From NCBI GenBank assembly GCA_964016885.1, contig CAXHJY010001531.1, positions 22,285-86,284 on the forward strand: a stretch of 64,000 nt of DNA. The letters run 5' to 3'. A program made the translations under genes and the position numbers. Below, in pieces: positions 1-12,023 of the stretch (the stretch's first letter is position 1; every line of letters begins with the position of its first letter). Origin of the DNA: Eledone cirrhosa. Its lineage: Eukaryota. The notes under the pieces are model-generated. The model ran no database searches, was not told the DNA's origin, and was given only the letters and a program-made list of their open reading frames with translations.

Positions 1-42
1 TTTTACGTTCATTTTCCACACAAGCATATATATATATGTATG

Positions 43-149
43 TATCAAATGAAGCAATCGGGTAAAGGACTTGTATTTATCCCTGTAATTTAATGAGCTC
101 GTTAATTACAAGGAAAAACGCGAGTCCTTTACTGTTACTTCATTTGATA
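43..149. repeat. Imperfect hairpin next to a (TA)n tract
   Basis: tatcaaatgaag...gtaaaggact (43-71) pairs with agtcctttac...cttcatttgata (123-149); inner tgtaatt/aattaca also pair. Confidence 0.7.
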
Positions 150-346
150 ATTTAGCTCCTTATGAATTTCTCTGTTTGTTGAGCACAGTGTAATTTGAAT
201 GGTTATAGCCTGCCATTCCTAGCAGTTTTCTTTTTCCATTCAGGCTACTAGCTACTGTCTGACACGCGTATTTTTCCTTTTCTCTCCCCACGTACTACAG
301 ATCAGTTACCTAATTTCTATTTAGAAGTGAGGGACGTATTTTCTCT

Positions 347-427
347 ACACCTGCTGAAGATCCATGGGAAAATATGATTCTTACACTATTTTGGTGAAAG
401 ATTCTCTCTTTGACTCTGTACAGGTGT
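347..427 (+). ncRNA. Degenerate type I hammerhead-like motif
   Basis: Stem I acacctg (347-353)/caggtgt (421-427), CTGAAGA at 354, GAAA at 396. Stem III and the cleavage triplet do not fit cleanly. Confidence 0.3.
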
Positions 428-679
428 CATAGTTATGAAGGTGCATTTTCCATTTTAATTAATCTTTTTAATTATAATGCATTTCCTGTACCATTCGTAG
501 TTTTTGTTCTTCACTTTAGTGGTAATATTGCTCCTGTAATTGAAAACACATTCTCTTCACGTATTCTCCTCTCTATATTATATCATCATTTTACGTCCGC
601 TTTTCCCTGCTTGCAAGGGTGGGACGGGTCCTATTCAGCACAGCATCTCTCCACTTGTCATGGTCCTTCGTCATCTATA

Positions 680-915
680 AGGTGGTCGTGTTGGTGACAT
701 GACTTAAAATTACTGAGCCCACCCTGTTTAGGTGTTCATCTCGGTACCACAATAAAAAGCATCCTGTCTACACTTTAACCTGGTTGGTGTTAGAAAGGCC
801 ATCCAGCCTTAGAAACCAATATAAATTATAGATCTGTGTGAACATGTTGGTCTCATAATGTGACAACTCATCTAATCCATGCAAGCGTGAAAAACTGGAC
901 ATTAAATGATCATGA
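680..915 (+). mobile_element. RTE-3'-tail-related SINE/LINE-end fragment (similar copies near 6425-6900, 14255-14530, 17200-17550, 32110-32370, 45015-45180, 53040-53450)
   Basis: tggttggtgttag..aaggccatccagc..tagaaacc and ccatgcaagcgtg..ggacattaaatgat match the 3' UTR of the RTE at 30700-31010; ~40-45 bp internal tandem units. Confidence 0.6.
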
Positions 916-1310
916 TTATTATATATATATGCTGTCTCATTTTAAAAAGAACAGAGCAATTTGAAATCAGAGAAATTGTTCTGCTGAATTTCCTATTAAC
1001 TTTTAAATTATATTTTTTTAATATAAAAATTTTCAGAATTTTGCTTTTTATTTTTTATAAACTACTGCTCCTCTGTAATTTCTAGCTCAAAAATTCTTAT
1101 GTTAAGTTATATCTTATTACCAAGACTTCAGTAAATAACCAAAATATAGGTTGCAATATATAGGATTAGGAGTGTTAGCTGAAAGCCATATGACCAATAA
1201 AAATGGAATGAATTAGTCAACTAAGAAAACAAAAATTATACATATAGACATATATATATACACACAAACTTGGATCTATATATATATAATTATATATATA
1301 TAATTATATA

Positions 1311-1406
1311 TAATTGTTTCTACTTTTGTCACAAGGCCAGCAATTACCCAGTGTTTTACTGGTACTTTATTTTATCGACCCCGTAAGGATGAAAGGCAAA
1401 GTTAAC
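1311..1406 (-). mobile_element. tRNA-derived SINE family A, 3' fragment
   Basis: Reverse complement of gcctttcatccttacggggtcgataaaataaagtaccag...ctggccttgtg..aaagtagaaacaatt, seen in full-length copies. Confidence 0.8.
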
Positions 1407-1408
1407 AT

Positions 1409-1733
1409 AATATTATTCAAATGTTAACAAATGAAAAATATTCTCATAATCAAAATATATATTTTATTATACATATTTCAAAGGTACTATGATGTTTAAG
1501 TACGTTTTCATCAGACAAAATATATGATTTGATGTGACATACTGCTACGTTTTTCAGTATTGGCAGTACTGGAATTGAATAATCAAAACCGTAGGGGCAT
1601 GTCACGTATCAAATCATATATTTTGTCTGATGAAAACGTACTTAAACACCATAGTACCTTTGAAATATGTATAATAAAATATATATTTTGATTATGAGAA
1701 TATTTTTCATTTATTAACATTTTGAATAATATT
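1409..1733. mobile_element. Palindromic Penelope-type non-autonomous insertion (arms ~1409-1540 and ~1599-1733)
   Basis: ~130 bp inverted arms with few mismatches, one hammerhead per arm; unpaired tail 1734-1786 then (TA)n. Confidence 0.75.
1620..1680 (+). ncRNA. Minimal type I hammerhead ribozyme (antisense twin at 1461-1521)
   Basis: Stem I attttgt/ataaaat; CTGATGA 1627-1633; stem II aaacgtact/agtaccttt; GAAA 1662-1665; short stem III region tatgta; AUA triplet 1671-1673. Confidence 0.8.
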
Positions 1734-1810
1734 AAAAACTCCAGGAAAATACTGTTGAGTGCTTCTAATCTATTGTATTCTTTGGTTATAATTATATATA
1801 TATATATATA

Positions 1811-1825
1811 TTACTTTTGGGACAC

Positions 1826-1861
<36 letters not shown>

Positions 1862-1886
1862 CACACACGGGGTGTCCCAAAAGTAA
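1811..1886. mobile_element. Tc1/mariner-like terminal repeats flanking a (TG)n tract
   Basis: ttacttttgggacaccc (1811-1827) and gggtgtcccaaaagtaa (1870-1886) are reverse complements; cagggtgtccc-type ends are typical of Tc1/mariner MITEs. Confidence 0.5.
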
Positions 1887-2199
1887 CTATAACAGGAATT
1901 TATGAAAATTGTAAATATTTATTACTTCAATTCATTGATATCAGTGGTTGATGCTATAGAACGATCATACAAAATACATGTGGTTGAACTCGCAAAGTTG
2001 GCTTTAAAACCATTAATAATTACATAAATATGAAAAAGAAAGATAAAGCAAAATTAAGTAATAGAAAAAGGGGAAGAGGTAAAGAAGGGCAGATCTGGCT
2101 TTATGGGAAAGTAGAGGAAAGGATTATTATAACCTGATGATAATAATATATATATACACAAATGGACTCAACAGTGGTGATCTCTGAATTGGCAGCCGA

Positions 2200-3290
2200 T
2201 TGTAAGCTCTTTCAGCTTCCATGTCTTTCTTCTCAGTACAGAGGAATAAAACTGATGGATCAAGTTATAAAAGTGACAGAATGAGTGTTAGTTCAAATGC
2301 AGTTTGGTTTTGTGCCAGGAAGGAGGTTACAGATGCCCTCTTCTTAGTAAAACACTACAAGTGAAATTCTTGGCAAAGTGTAAGCCACAATACCTAACTT
2401 TCATTGATCTGGAGATGGCCTTTAACAGAGTACCATGATCTGTTGTCTGGTGGTCCTTCACAAAATTGAATGTAGATGAGGGGCTTGTGAGAGCAGTGTA
2501 AACCATGTGCAGAGGTGCTATCAGTAAAGTGATGACAGGTAATTAGTTTAGTGAGGAATTCAATGTGCTGGTAAGTGTTCATCAGAGTATAACTCTCAGC
2601 ACCCCCTGTTTAGTATAGTTCTCTAGGTCATAACAAAGTAGTTTAAGACTGACTGACCATTGGGAACTTTTGTATGCTGACAACCTGATTCTTATAGCTG
2701 AATCTGAGATTATCTAAATAAGTTCTTCTGGTGGAAACAGAACTTAGAATCAAAACAACAATGAGTAAACCTAGCAAATACCAAAGTTTTAGTAAGTAGG
2801 AAAGAATATTGGGCTGATATCATCACTGTTACCTGGGTGACTTTATCAACAGTGGAGGTGGATACACTGAAAGTATAGTAGCTAGAATAGGAATAAGATG
2901 GAAAACTGTTAGGGAACTATTATTGAGGACAAAAAAGGGCTTTTCATTATGGGCAAAATGCAGGATGTGTGTAAAGTGTAATATTGAATGGTAATGAGAC
3001 ATGGACTGCAGAAACGAGTCAAGTATTCTTTGATGGATGAGTAATGTAAATGTGGATCAACTGAGAGAAAAACTGAACATAAGAGAAATAAGATGTAGAG
3101 TACAAGGGAGAAGATTGTGATGGTATGGATTACCAAAAGAGGAAAACCTGAGGGGAAAGTGATGAGAGCTGATCTCGATACGTTGAACCTGAGTAGATGA
3201 AGGAACGCAATGAGTGGAGGGAGGCTGAACTGGAAAACCACCCATGAGATCATGGAAAAACGGATGTAAAATAACGATGATGGCGATACA
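2200..3290 (+). mobile_element. Decayed RTE LINE (RT to 3' end)
   Basis: Collinear similarity to 29200-31000 (atgcagtttggttttgtg; tgggaacttttgtatgctgac; ttacctgggtgac) with many indels; gatgat tail. Confidence 0.75.
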
Positions 3291-4329
3291 GTATGTGTGT
3301 GCGAGTGTATGTGTGTGTGAGTGTATGTGTGAGTGTGAGTATGTGTGAGTGTCTGTGTGTGCGTGTGTGTGTTTGAAAGGATTCGATTGTCTGGTATAGG
3401 AATTTTGAAAGAAAAAATAAACTAACTAGAAATACTTCGAAGAATCAAATTTTAAATAGTTATCAAAATAGAGAAAGCAGACAGAGAAGGAATTTAAGGG
3501 AAAAATACTAATAGCTTCTAATTAATGAGCTTTGGGAAAGAATAAATAAATCTAATTAACCTGTGAACATTAAAAAAAAAATAAATACTACATTAAAACA
3601 CGAACATATCTAACAGTTCACAGAAAGAGAATTTTCTGATTTCAGAGTTGATGGGGGTATAAACGTCAATGAAGGATGTATAGTATTCTAATGAAAGATT
3701 CATTGCTATTTATAATTAAAATAGTTTGAATCCATAACTGCTAGCATTTGCAGTTTCTTTTTTTATTTATTAAGCTCTGAGTGTGCCCAGTAGGGTATGA
3801 CCATAATAATGTTGAGACAATACACGGTACTTCTACAACTTCGCTGTCGGCTTTCAGGCACGAAATTATTAATTTTTTTTTTTTAAACAGTGTGTTATTC
3901 TAACCCTACCAAAAGTATGATAAAATCATATTAATGGATTTATAATTATGTAGTAGCGGTCGGTGGTTATTTGACAAGAGTGGAATTAACAGTAAAATTA
4001 TAAAATAATCGCTGATGTATGATGGAATCGAAAAAACGATGTCAGAGCGATGAAAAATGTCAGGAATTTATGTACATCTGTGTTTATTAATGTAAATGTT
4101 AGTAACGAACAAGTTGAAAACAGTAATAACAACAAAAATTGACCAGAGATGACACAGACAAATCAAAAACGAATGAAGAAAAAGAGAAATAAAATTAATT
4201 CAATTTCGTCAATCAAAATAAAATCAAAGAGACAGGACATAATAATGAATATATAGATAAAAATATAAAGTCGAATAATGAATATTAAATCTTCATTCTG
4301 TTTATTTAACGAACGTTAAATAATAAGAA

Positions 4330-4730
4330 TGAAAACATTAAATCTTTAAGACGGTGGGAGTTAGGGCATATTAAAATCAGTGTTTACATTTTATATTCAC
4401 TCATCTACGAATTTAAAAATAAATCAAACTAAAATAGACATACATATATAATGAAAATTACGATAATAATAATTAATACTTACTCTGCAGCTGCTTAATA
4501 TCACTAAGTCGCATCAAGAAGTAATAAAATGAGAAGGTCAGCAGGTCAGTTTTGCTTCCGTAATATTTGTATAGCCGAAAGAATATTATAATTAAAGTGT
4601 TACTGATAAACTAGTGAGATGGTGACGCGAAAATAAAGAAGGCTAAGAAGAACTACTTAAATATTATATGAAAGTCTGCGAGAACGTTAAATAATTTTGT
4701 GACAGTAAATTGCCGAAGCTGGCTAAGAAC
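4330..4730 (+). repeat. Unclassified dispersed repeat, second copy at ~57680-58060
   Basis: Shared blocks atgaaaattacgataata..aattaatacttactc, gctgcttaatatcactaagt, gagaaggtcagc.ggtcagtt, tgtgacagtaa.tt.ccgaagctgg. Confidence 0.65.
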
Positions 4731-5659
4731 ATGACAAGTAGACAGCTAGAGAAATAGTAGTAGGCTAAGCACATGGAAGTCCAAGACGCGTAAAAAAAAA
4801 CTGGCACCTATATAGGCATAATGGTCACGTGCCTATGATCAATTTTATAGTGGAGTGGGGTATATGTTTTGCTGTAAATCTATATATGCTCGAGAAAGAT
4901 CGAAGAACTTCCGGTAAAAACACATGGTTGTTAGTAATATTAGTCATCTTAACTATTGAATCATTGACCGGCTGATTTTAATTTATTTATTATCAGTGCA
5001 TACATCAGAGATTGAACAACTTCCTATTTCATTTACTACTATGTTTCAGTTCCACCCAATTAACAGTGTGAAGTGATAACTTACTATGTCTCTTTTGTTT
5101 AGACGTTTTTAATCCAGTAAACAACTCAATAAAAAAATATATCTTAAATGTTACTAATACTAATGTAGTTTGTTTCATCAACCGATTATCCCTGCTAGCT
5201 AACACATGATATATGACAGATCAATTAAAAAGAGTTTATATATTGAAGTATGGTACTAGGACTCAACAGTCATAGTGAGGAAAACAAATATTCGTTGACA
5301 TTTGGCAACCAGTGAATGAAAACAAAAAGAAAAAAAACACCTAACATGTATATGTGTCTGCATATTCACTTTTATTTGTTATTTACTCTCTACTGAGAAA
5401 TCCCACCACTTTCTCATACATACATGTCTATCCATTACAAGGTTAAATAATTGTTTCTAGCATGGGCACATAACCAGTTATTGAGGAGGGGGGGGTGTAG
5501 TTGATTAAATCGACCCTAGTACTCAACTGGTATTTCATTGAAGGATGAAAAGCAAAGTTGACAACATGATTTGAACTCAGAAAGAAGATGGACGTGACTA
5601 AACACTGCAAATTTTGTCTGGCATTCTAGCAATACTGCCTTTACATAATAAAATAATAC

Positions 5660-5989
5660 TATTATGTACTTTACATAAAGACCCCCTTCAGTCACAAATA
5701 ACCATGGGATTTGCACTTAGAAAGTTCCCCTCCAAGGCACAAGTCTGGGCAAGGTTGTTTGTGGAAGATCAGCACTTGCCCATGCATACCAGTCTCCCTT
5801 CTCCATGCCACCAATGGCTGATACAGCTTGACACCAAAGACATCGCAACTCATTTCTACAGCTGAGTTAACAAGTGCTAGAGAAATAAAGTGTCTTGCCC
5901 AAGGGCACAACGCATCACCCAGTCCGGGAATTGAACTCACAACCTTCCGATTGCAAGAACAATGCCCTAACCACTAAGCCATGCGCCTT

Positions 5990-5990
<1 letters not shown>
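5660..5990 (-). mobile_element. tRNA-derived SINE with CORE-like centre (related + copy at 7540-7865)
   Basis: Minus strand has A box tggcttagtgg, B box gagttcaattcc, then tgtgcccttgggcaagacacttta. Confidence 0.7.
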
Positions 5991-6021
<31 letters not shown>

Positions 6022-6564
6022 TATATATGTGCGTGTGTGTGTGCATGTATGTATCCCCTTCCCACTGATTCACATTCCTTGTCCAATCCATGTAAGCTTG
6101 AAAGATGTGCTCACTCTCTTTAAGGCCACATCCATGACCTGATGCTTCCTCTCCCACGGTCGTATGATAATGAAAATTATTCTCTACAGTGCTCAAGTAC
6201 ACTACAACTCATCGAAGGTGCATGCATAGTACATAGAATAATGTGCAAATGTCAGGATAGTGAACAGTGTACAAGTCATAATTACACACTCACACGTGGG
6301 GGGGGGGGGGATATCAGGCGTAGTGTTGTACCATGTGGAGTGCCTCCTCATTTTACACACCCACTCCTGTCAATGGCTCCCAAGCCTGGTGAAGAACAAC
6401 TAGCTCCCTTGGTGTTGTAACGAGGTATTACTGGGGCCACAATAAAAATACACCCAGACCACTATGTAAGGTTGTAGTGCTAGTTCCATGACAAAAAGCA
6501 ATCAATTCACGCTGTAAGGTGGTGGTGCAAGAGTCATGATAAAATATGCCCAGTAACACTTTAA

Positions 6565-6825
6565 GGCATGTGGCGAAGCATAGCGTTGTGGGTTCAATCC
6601 GGGGCTGGGTTGCATGTTGTGTTCTTGAGCAAATAACTTTATTTCATGTTGCTCCAGTATACTCAGCTGAAAATGAGTACTGACAATAGCTGGGATTTAA
6701 TCCTGCAATGGACCGGCATCCTGTTTAGGGGGGAGTCTTGTACTCTCAGTCGCTTCACACCACAGAGACCAGGATAAGCACTGGCCTGATGAGTCTCTCG
6801 GCTCGAGACAGACCTTAGACTTTAG
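6565..6825 (+). mobile_element. tRNA-derived SINE, CORE-like plus V-like domains (second copy 45745-46012)
   Basis: B box ggttcaatcc; gtgttcttgagcaa..acttta; cctgcaatggaccggcatcctgt; ggataagc...cagacctt tail. Confidence 0.7.
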
Positions 6826-7956
6826 TAGCACTTTGTAATGCAGTTGGATGGGAAGGGTATCCAGCTGTAGAAATCAAGCCAAAAATGAAAAGTTTGAGCA
6901 AGATGTGATCACCCCCACCCACACCTACCCCTGCTTATTAAATTTTGCTAATCCATCTAAAGCAAAATTTTCTTTAGACATTAAAAAACATGATACATGA
7001 CAAAAAAAAATGTACATTACTAGAAATCCCATGCGTTATAAAATAAATAGAATGGGTTGGGATCTCAATATGTAAACTAAACAACTAATTCTGGTTAAAA
7101 AAAAAAATAAACGGGGACAACCTAGAAAAATTACCGATAACCCCATCTCTATCCCAGTTATTCCACTCACCACCTCTATTATTTGGGACCTGAGAGTGCA
7201 TCAAGTGTTTGGGCACATCGTTTATACAGCTCTTGTTCTCCTAATATATCACATGTTCATACCATTGCAACTACCTCTCTTGCTCACTACATACAATTCC
7301 TCTTGTGCTTTGCTGCTCATGTACACTAACATGATGCATCCAAAGGAACATGTATATTTCATTTGAAACCTATATTTAGAGTTCACATCTCACTATCATG
7401 TAGTATAGCAACTCAAATACAAGCATCATACAATCTGCCCTTCACACTGAGAGAGAGAAGTCCTTTGTTATAATTTTGGTTACAATATTTTGGTACATCC
7501 AATTCGACTGCTAATGTGGCCACCTATTTTGACGACACCAGTAAGTGGCTTACTGGTTAGAGTGTTGGGCTTGCAATTGAGAGGTTGCGAGTTTGATTCT
7601 TGGACCGGGTGATGCGTTGTATCCTTGAGCAAGACACTATTTTACATTGCAACTCATTTCTACAGCTGAGTGAACTGGAGCAATGTCACTGGTGCCAAGC
7701 TGTATCAGCCATTGCTTTTCCCTTGGACAACATTGGTGGCATGGAGAGGAGAGACTGGTATGCATGGGTGACAGCTAGTCTTCCACAGACAAGCCAGGCT
7801 TCTTCCTCAGAGGGAATCTTTCTAGATGCAAAACCATGGTCATTTGTGTCCAATGGGGGCCTCTATTTCACTAGTAATTATTTTAGCAGCTCGGGGAGGA
7901 TGCCAGGCCAAATGTAAAGGGAAGTAACTTAACATTACAAGACATTATTTCTTGAT

Positions 7957-8150
7957 GGGCGGTGGATTGGCAGTATCGGTAGAGGGTCAGACGCCATGCT
8001 TTAACGCATTGAGTTATGGCCCCTGCCATTCTGAGTTCAAATCCCGCCGAGGTTAACGTTGCCTTTCATCCTTATGGGGTCGATAAAATAAAGTACCAGT
8101 AATGCACTGGGGTAATAGCTGGCCTTGTGCCAAAAATAGAAACAATTATT
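7957..8150 (+). mobile_element. tRNA-derived SINE family A, full length (other copies: 9908-10060 -, 12393-12615 +, 36535-36750 +, 55183-55369 +, 56384-56500 -, 56603-56820 -, 58467-58686 -, 59692-59910 +, 60050-60203 -, 61680-62040 -)
   Basis: A box tggcagtatcgg, B box gagttcaaatcc, conserved core gcctttcatcctta.ggggtcgataaaataaagtaccag, tail agaaacaattatt. Confidence 0.85.
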
Positions 8151-11100
8151 TCTTGATGCTCTACTGATTCTGATAGTACTCTGGTCATTCTGCATGACAA
8201 ATGTAGAAAAGGATTTGAATGAGTGATTTGATTTTATTCTCGTCAGAAACAACATAACCCATGGATTGATCGCCTGTTAATATCATAATATCAATGAATT
8301 GGCAGAGTTTTCTGTTATATATTTGTGTATGTGTGTGCATGCGCTAATTTTAGGTATAATTGTCATTATACCATCTTCAAGTGTGTATATTTATTTACAT
8401 ATTATTTGTCATGCATATATATGAACAAAATACTAGCTGTTTCTCACTTTATATATCCTGTTATATATCCTTTAAACGCATGCATGCATCCATGCATGTA
8501 TACATACATAAATACATACATGCATGATGGCTTCAAACTCTGCTAAGAGTATTGCAATCACTTGTCAGATTATAGAGTTTGGTGTACTTTTAGGCTACGG
8601 CCAGCCACACGAACCTGTATCATGTCCTGAACAAGCAATGCCTGTGCTTTGAAGGTTTTTTTTAAGAGGGGAAAGGCCTTGCACTCGACCAATCCCACTC
8701 TCTGAGCATCGAAAACACTACCTGAAAAGGAGAACTGGTCAACATCATCAGAGGCTTCCGAGTTTCCCTCTCCTAGAAAGTGTTGTGACAATAATTGGGG
8801 GCCTTTCATTCCCAGGTGTAAAAAAAAAAAAAGTATTATTTGGATGGCCGTTGTCTCTGCTGAGTTCCTCCGCCTATACATACATACACAGAGGCATTCT
8901 GTCATACAAAACTTGCCAAACAAAGGGTTGGGATGATGCTTCAGTTGTGTTAAAGACATGATAACCTCCCTAGTGTTGTTGATACAGTAAATGTACCTTG
9001 TATACTCTGTAAAGTGGTTGATAATAGGAAGGGCATCCAGCCACTGAAAACCTGTAAAAGGGTCTGGATGACTCTTCAGTTGTGTCAAAGGCATGACGGC
9101 CTTCCTAGATCTGTTGCCATGATAAAATGAATTTGATAGAGCACAGGAACATATGTATGTGGGATGCAGGCTCCCAGCCACAGTTTAGAGGATCACTTTT
9201 CCCCTTATTCAGAGGGATGAGAATACTTGACTCCCAACCCACTAGAACACAGTCTTCTGTCACCATCAACTTATAGATCTCTATCATTCTCTTCACACCC
9301 AAACTTTCTACTCTCTTTAAAATATCTCCAAAAATTCCTGTTAATTAAGGTAGTAGAAATGTATTAGAGAAGAAGAATATAAGGAAAAAAGTGAAGATTG
9401 ATGACATGCAGTTTGGATTAGTGCCAGAGAAAGGAAAATCTAATGCAATTTTTATTGGGTGTCAGTTTCAGAAGAACAGGGACAAGAGGCACAATTTGTT
9501 TTGGGGGTTTGTTGATCTGGTGAAAGATTTTGATAGGATCTATAGGAAGTGGTGAGATAGGCATTGAGAAAACAGAGTGGAGGAATGGTTGACTAGAGTA
9601 GTGATGATAATGTATGAGAAAGCATGTACAGTAAGGTGTTCCATTTTGTAAACTATTTGCCAATCATCTCATGTTGAGTAAGCCCATGTTCGAGTTCATG
9701 AAATAACGAAGTATGCCAAATTATAGGTCAATCAAATAATGTTTAGAGGTTGCACACTTTCACATCTTTTTATTTATCTGGCCTGTAGTATATTGTCCTT
9801 TCTGTTCACTTTATTGAATCCAATGAGAAAACCACACGACAGAATGAAATGAAATGAAAATAAGCAGAAGGAATACATTCTAAAAACACAATATTGGGAG
9901 AAATAATAATTGTTTCTACGTTAGGCACAAGGCCAGCAATTATCCAGTGTATTACTGGTACTTTATTTTATCGACCCCGTAAGGATGAAAGGCAAAGTTA
10001 ACCTCTGCGGGATTTGAACTCAGAATGGCAAGGGCCGTAACTATGCGTCAAAGCATAATAAGAGAGAAATATATTTTACGAATGAAATTTATAATCGGAA
10101 ATGGTCTCCTTCGACCTCTGGGGCACTTGTTTCTTTGTTCTGCAACAATTTTTAGGAGGAATTGTTTCTGATTTTCATCCATCATAGAATCATTAAACCT
10201 CTTTATGAGATAAATACCTCACTCAGCAGTATGATTCATAACTTTCAGACATCAACTGATGTTTTGATATTGCCGTCAGTTTATTTTATATCTCAAATTA
10301 TCAAAACTTAACGAGAATTTCAAAACCGCACAATCTAAACATAATGTGTTGATTACCTGCCTCGGCTTATAAACAGGGCTTCGATTTTTGCCCCTTTCTC
10401 CAACATGAAATAGGGTATCGGCTTATATTTGGATCGGCTTATATTAAAGTATATATGGTATTTCACGTATATTGTTTAATTCCCATTCAATTTATTGTAG
10501 ATTTTACTTGGGCCGAAACCTGTATAAGGCAGTTCTGCCATACCATATACAACAAATATTTTAGTAACGGAATTCTTTTTTTTTTCTAATTAAATTTATT
10601 AAGCATACAGAAAGAGAGCAACATTGGAAAGGACTATAAATGCAATAAATGAGAGAAAAAGGAGGGGAAGAACAAGGACTACTAGTCAAAGGAGGAAAGA
10701 AAGGGGGAAGGGGTGAGGGTGGCAGAATCTAAACCTAGATCAGAGCTGTTTTGGATGACAACAAATTCAACTCTTATTTATAGCCATCACCTCTTGTTTT
10801 ATTTATTCCTATTTTTGATATTCAGTGTAAATGAAAAACCTTACAAACAATGCTACACATTTTTCCAGAAGCATAAACAAGAAAACTGCATGAATTTCCA
10901 ACTCTTATTCATGCAATATAAAATTGAATATAATAATCAGTCTTATCAGTTGTAACCAAGCAACAGATAAAGTTTGTATTGAGGTATATTTATGGCAATA
11001 CCAAAGCTTAATTTTACTAGAAACTACAGCCTTTGAATTAGAAAGGTATTTCTGAGTCAGATGGTATCAAAGGAATTTTGGGTATAAATGCATATTTTCA

Positions 11101-11524
11101 AATAGAACAATCAGAATAGTCACTTAAATAATATGAAACATTAAACATTTTGATCACTAAACACATTTTAATCACCATTACATAGCCAAGGCTGATCCAG
11201 ATTCCTTAGTAGAATGATAGATCTTACTTTTAACAGAAGTTAGGCTATTAAAAAGCCAGGACAACCCAAATAAATTAAGAATTTAACCCTTTAGCATTTA
11301 CATTACTCTATAGCCTCTGAACAGTCTAGAACTAGATTTATAACATTATGTATCTCCAGAAATGCATTTCAATAACTCATTGTTTATGCTGTTAACAGTT
11401 ATATTTTTGGTGAAATTGCCCTTTCTTATAAACATCTGTACTTTTGTTGGTGGTCTGAAAAATTGGCAACACTCTTGCCAAGTGACAGATGAAACTGATG
11501 TAGTAATTAGAGATGGGTATAATT

Positions 11525-12023
11525 ACTCTATATACTTGCATATAAGCTGCTCTGAATATAAGTTAACCCCCTATTATATGTCTGAGAAATAGGCAAAAAT
11601 CCAAAACCTGTGTATAAGCCAAGGCATCTAATCAACATATGTTTAGATGGTACAATTTTGAAATTCTCTTGAGTGTAGAATATATTTATGAAGCTGTAAT
11701 ATTTTGATATCTAAAATGTTTTAAATGTCAGAGTATAGTTTTTGATTCAGAACTCCATTACGCACTGATTATTGTACCAATTACTGACTATTTTGAAGGC
11801 CATATTCATTCAAAGCATGTCAAAAATAAATTTCATGGCAAAAGTGAAACCGGTGTAATATTCACTTCCAAAGTGAAAATATTTTAGTACTTCCTGTACC
11901 TAGAATTTTGAAGTTGGTAAAAATTGATAAAATATTGACCTGAAATATAAATCTACTTCCCATTTTACCATCAATTCTTTTTTTGTCACATATTTCTCAG
12001 ATTATATATGAGTATATATGGTA
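11525..12023. mobile_element. Decayed Tc1/mariner (pogo-like) MITE; related pieces at ~10230-10460 and ~14580-14790
   Basis: Ends tactctatatacttgcatataag / attatatatgagtatatatggta are approximate reverse complements; an internal block recurs at 14.6 kb. Confidence 0.45.

Noticed and set aside
6786-6812. CTGATGAG...CGAGAC as a hammerhead
   Set aside because: No GAAA in register and no stems I/III; it is a SINE tail, and the sister copy at ~45975 lacks CTGATGA.
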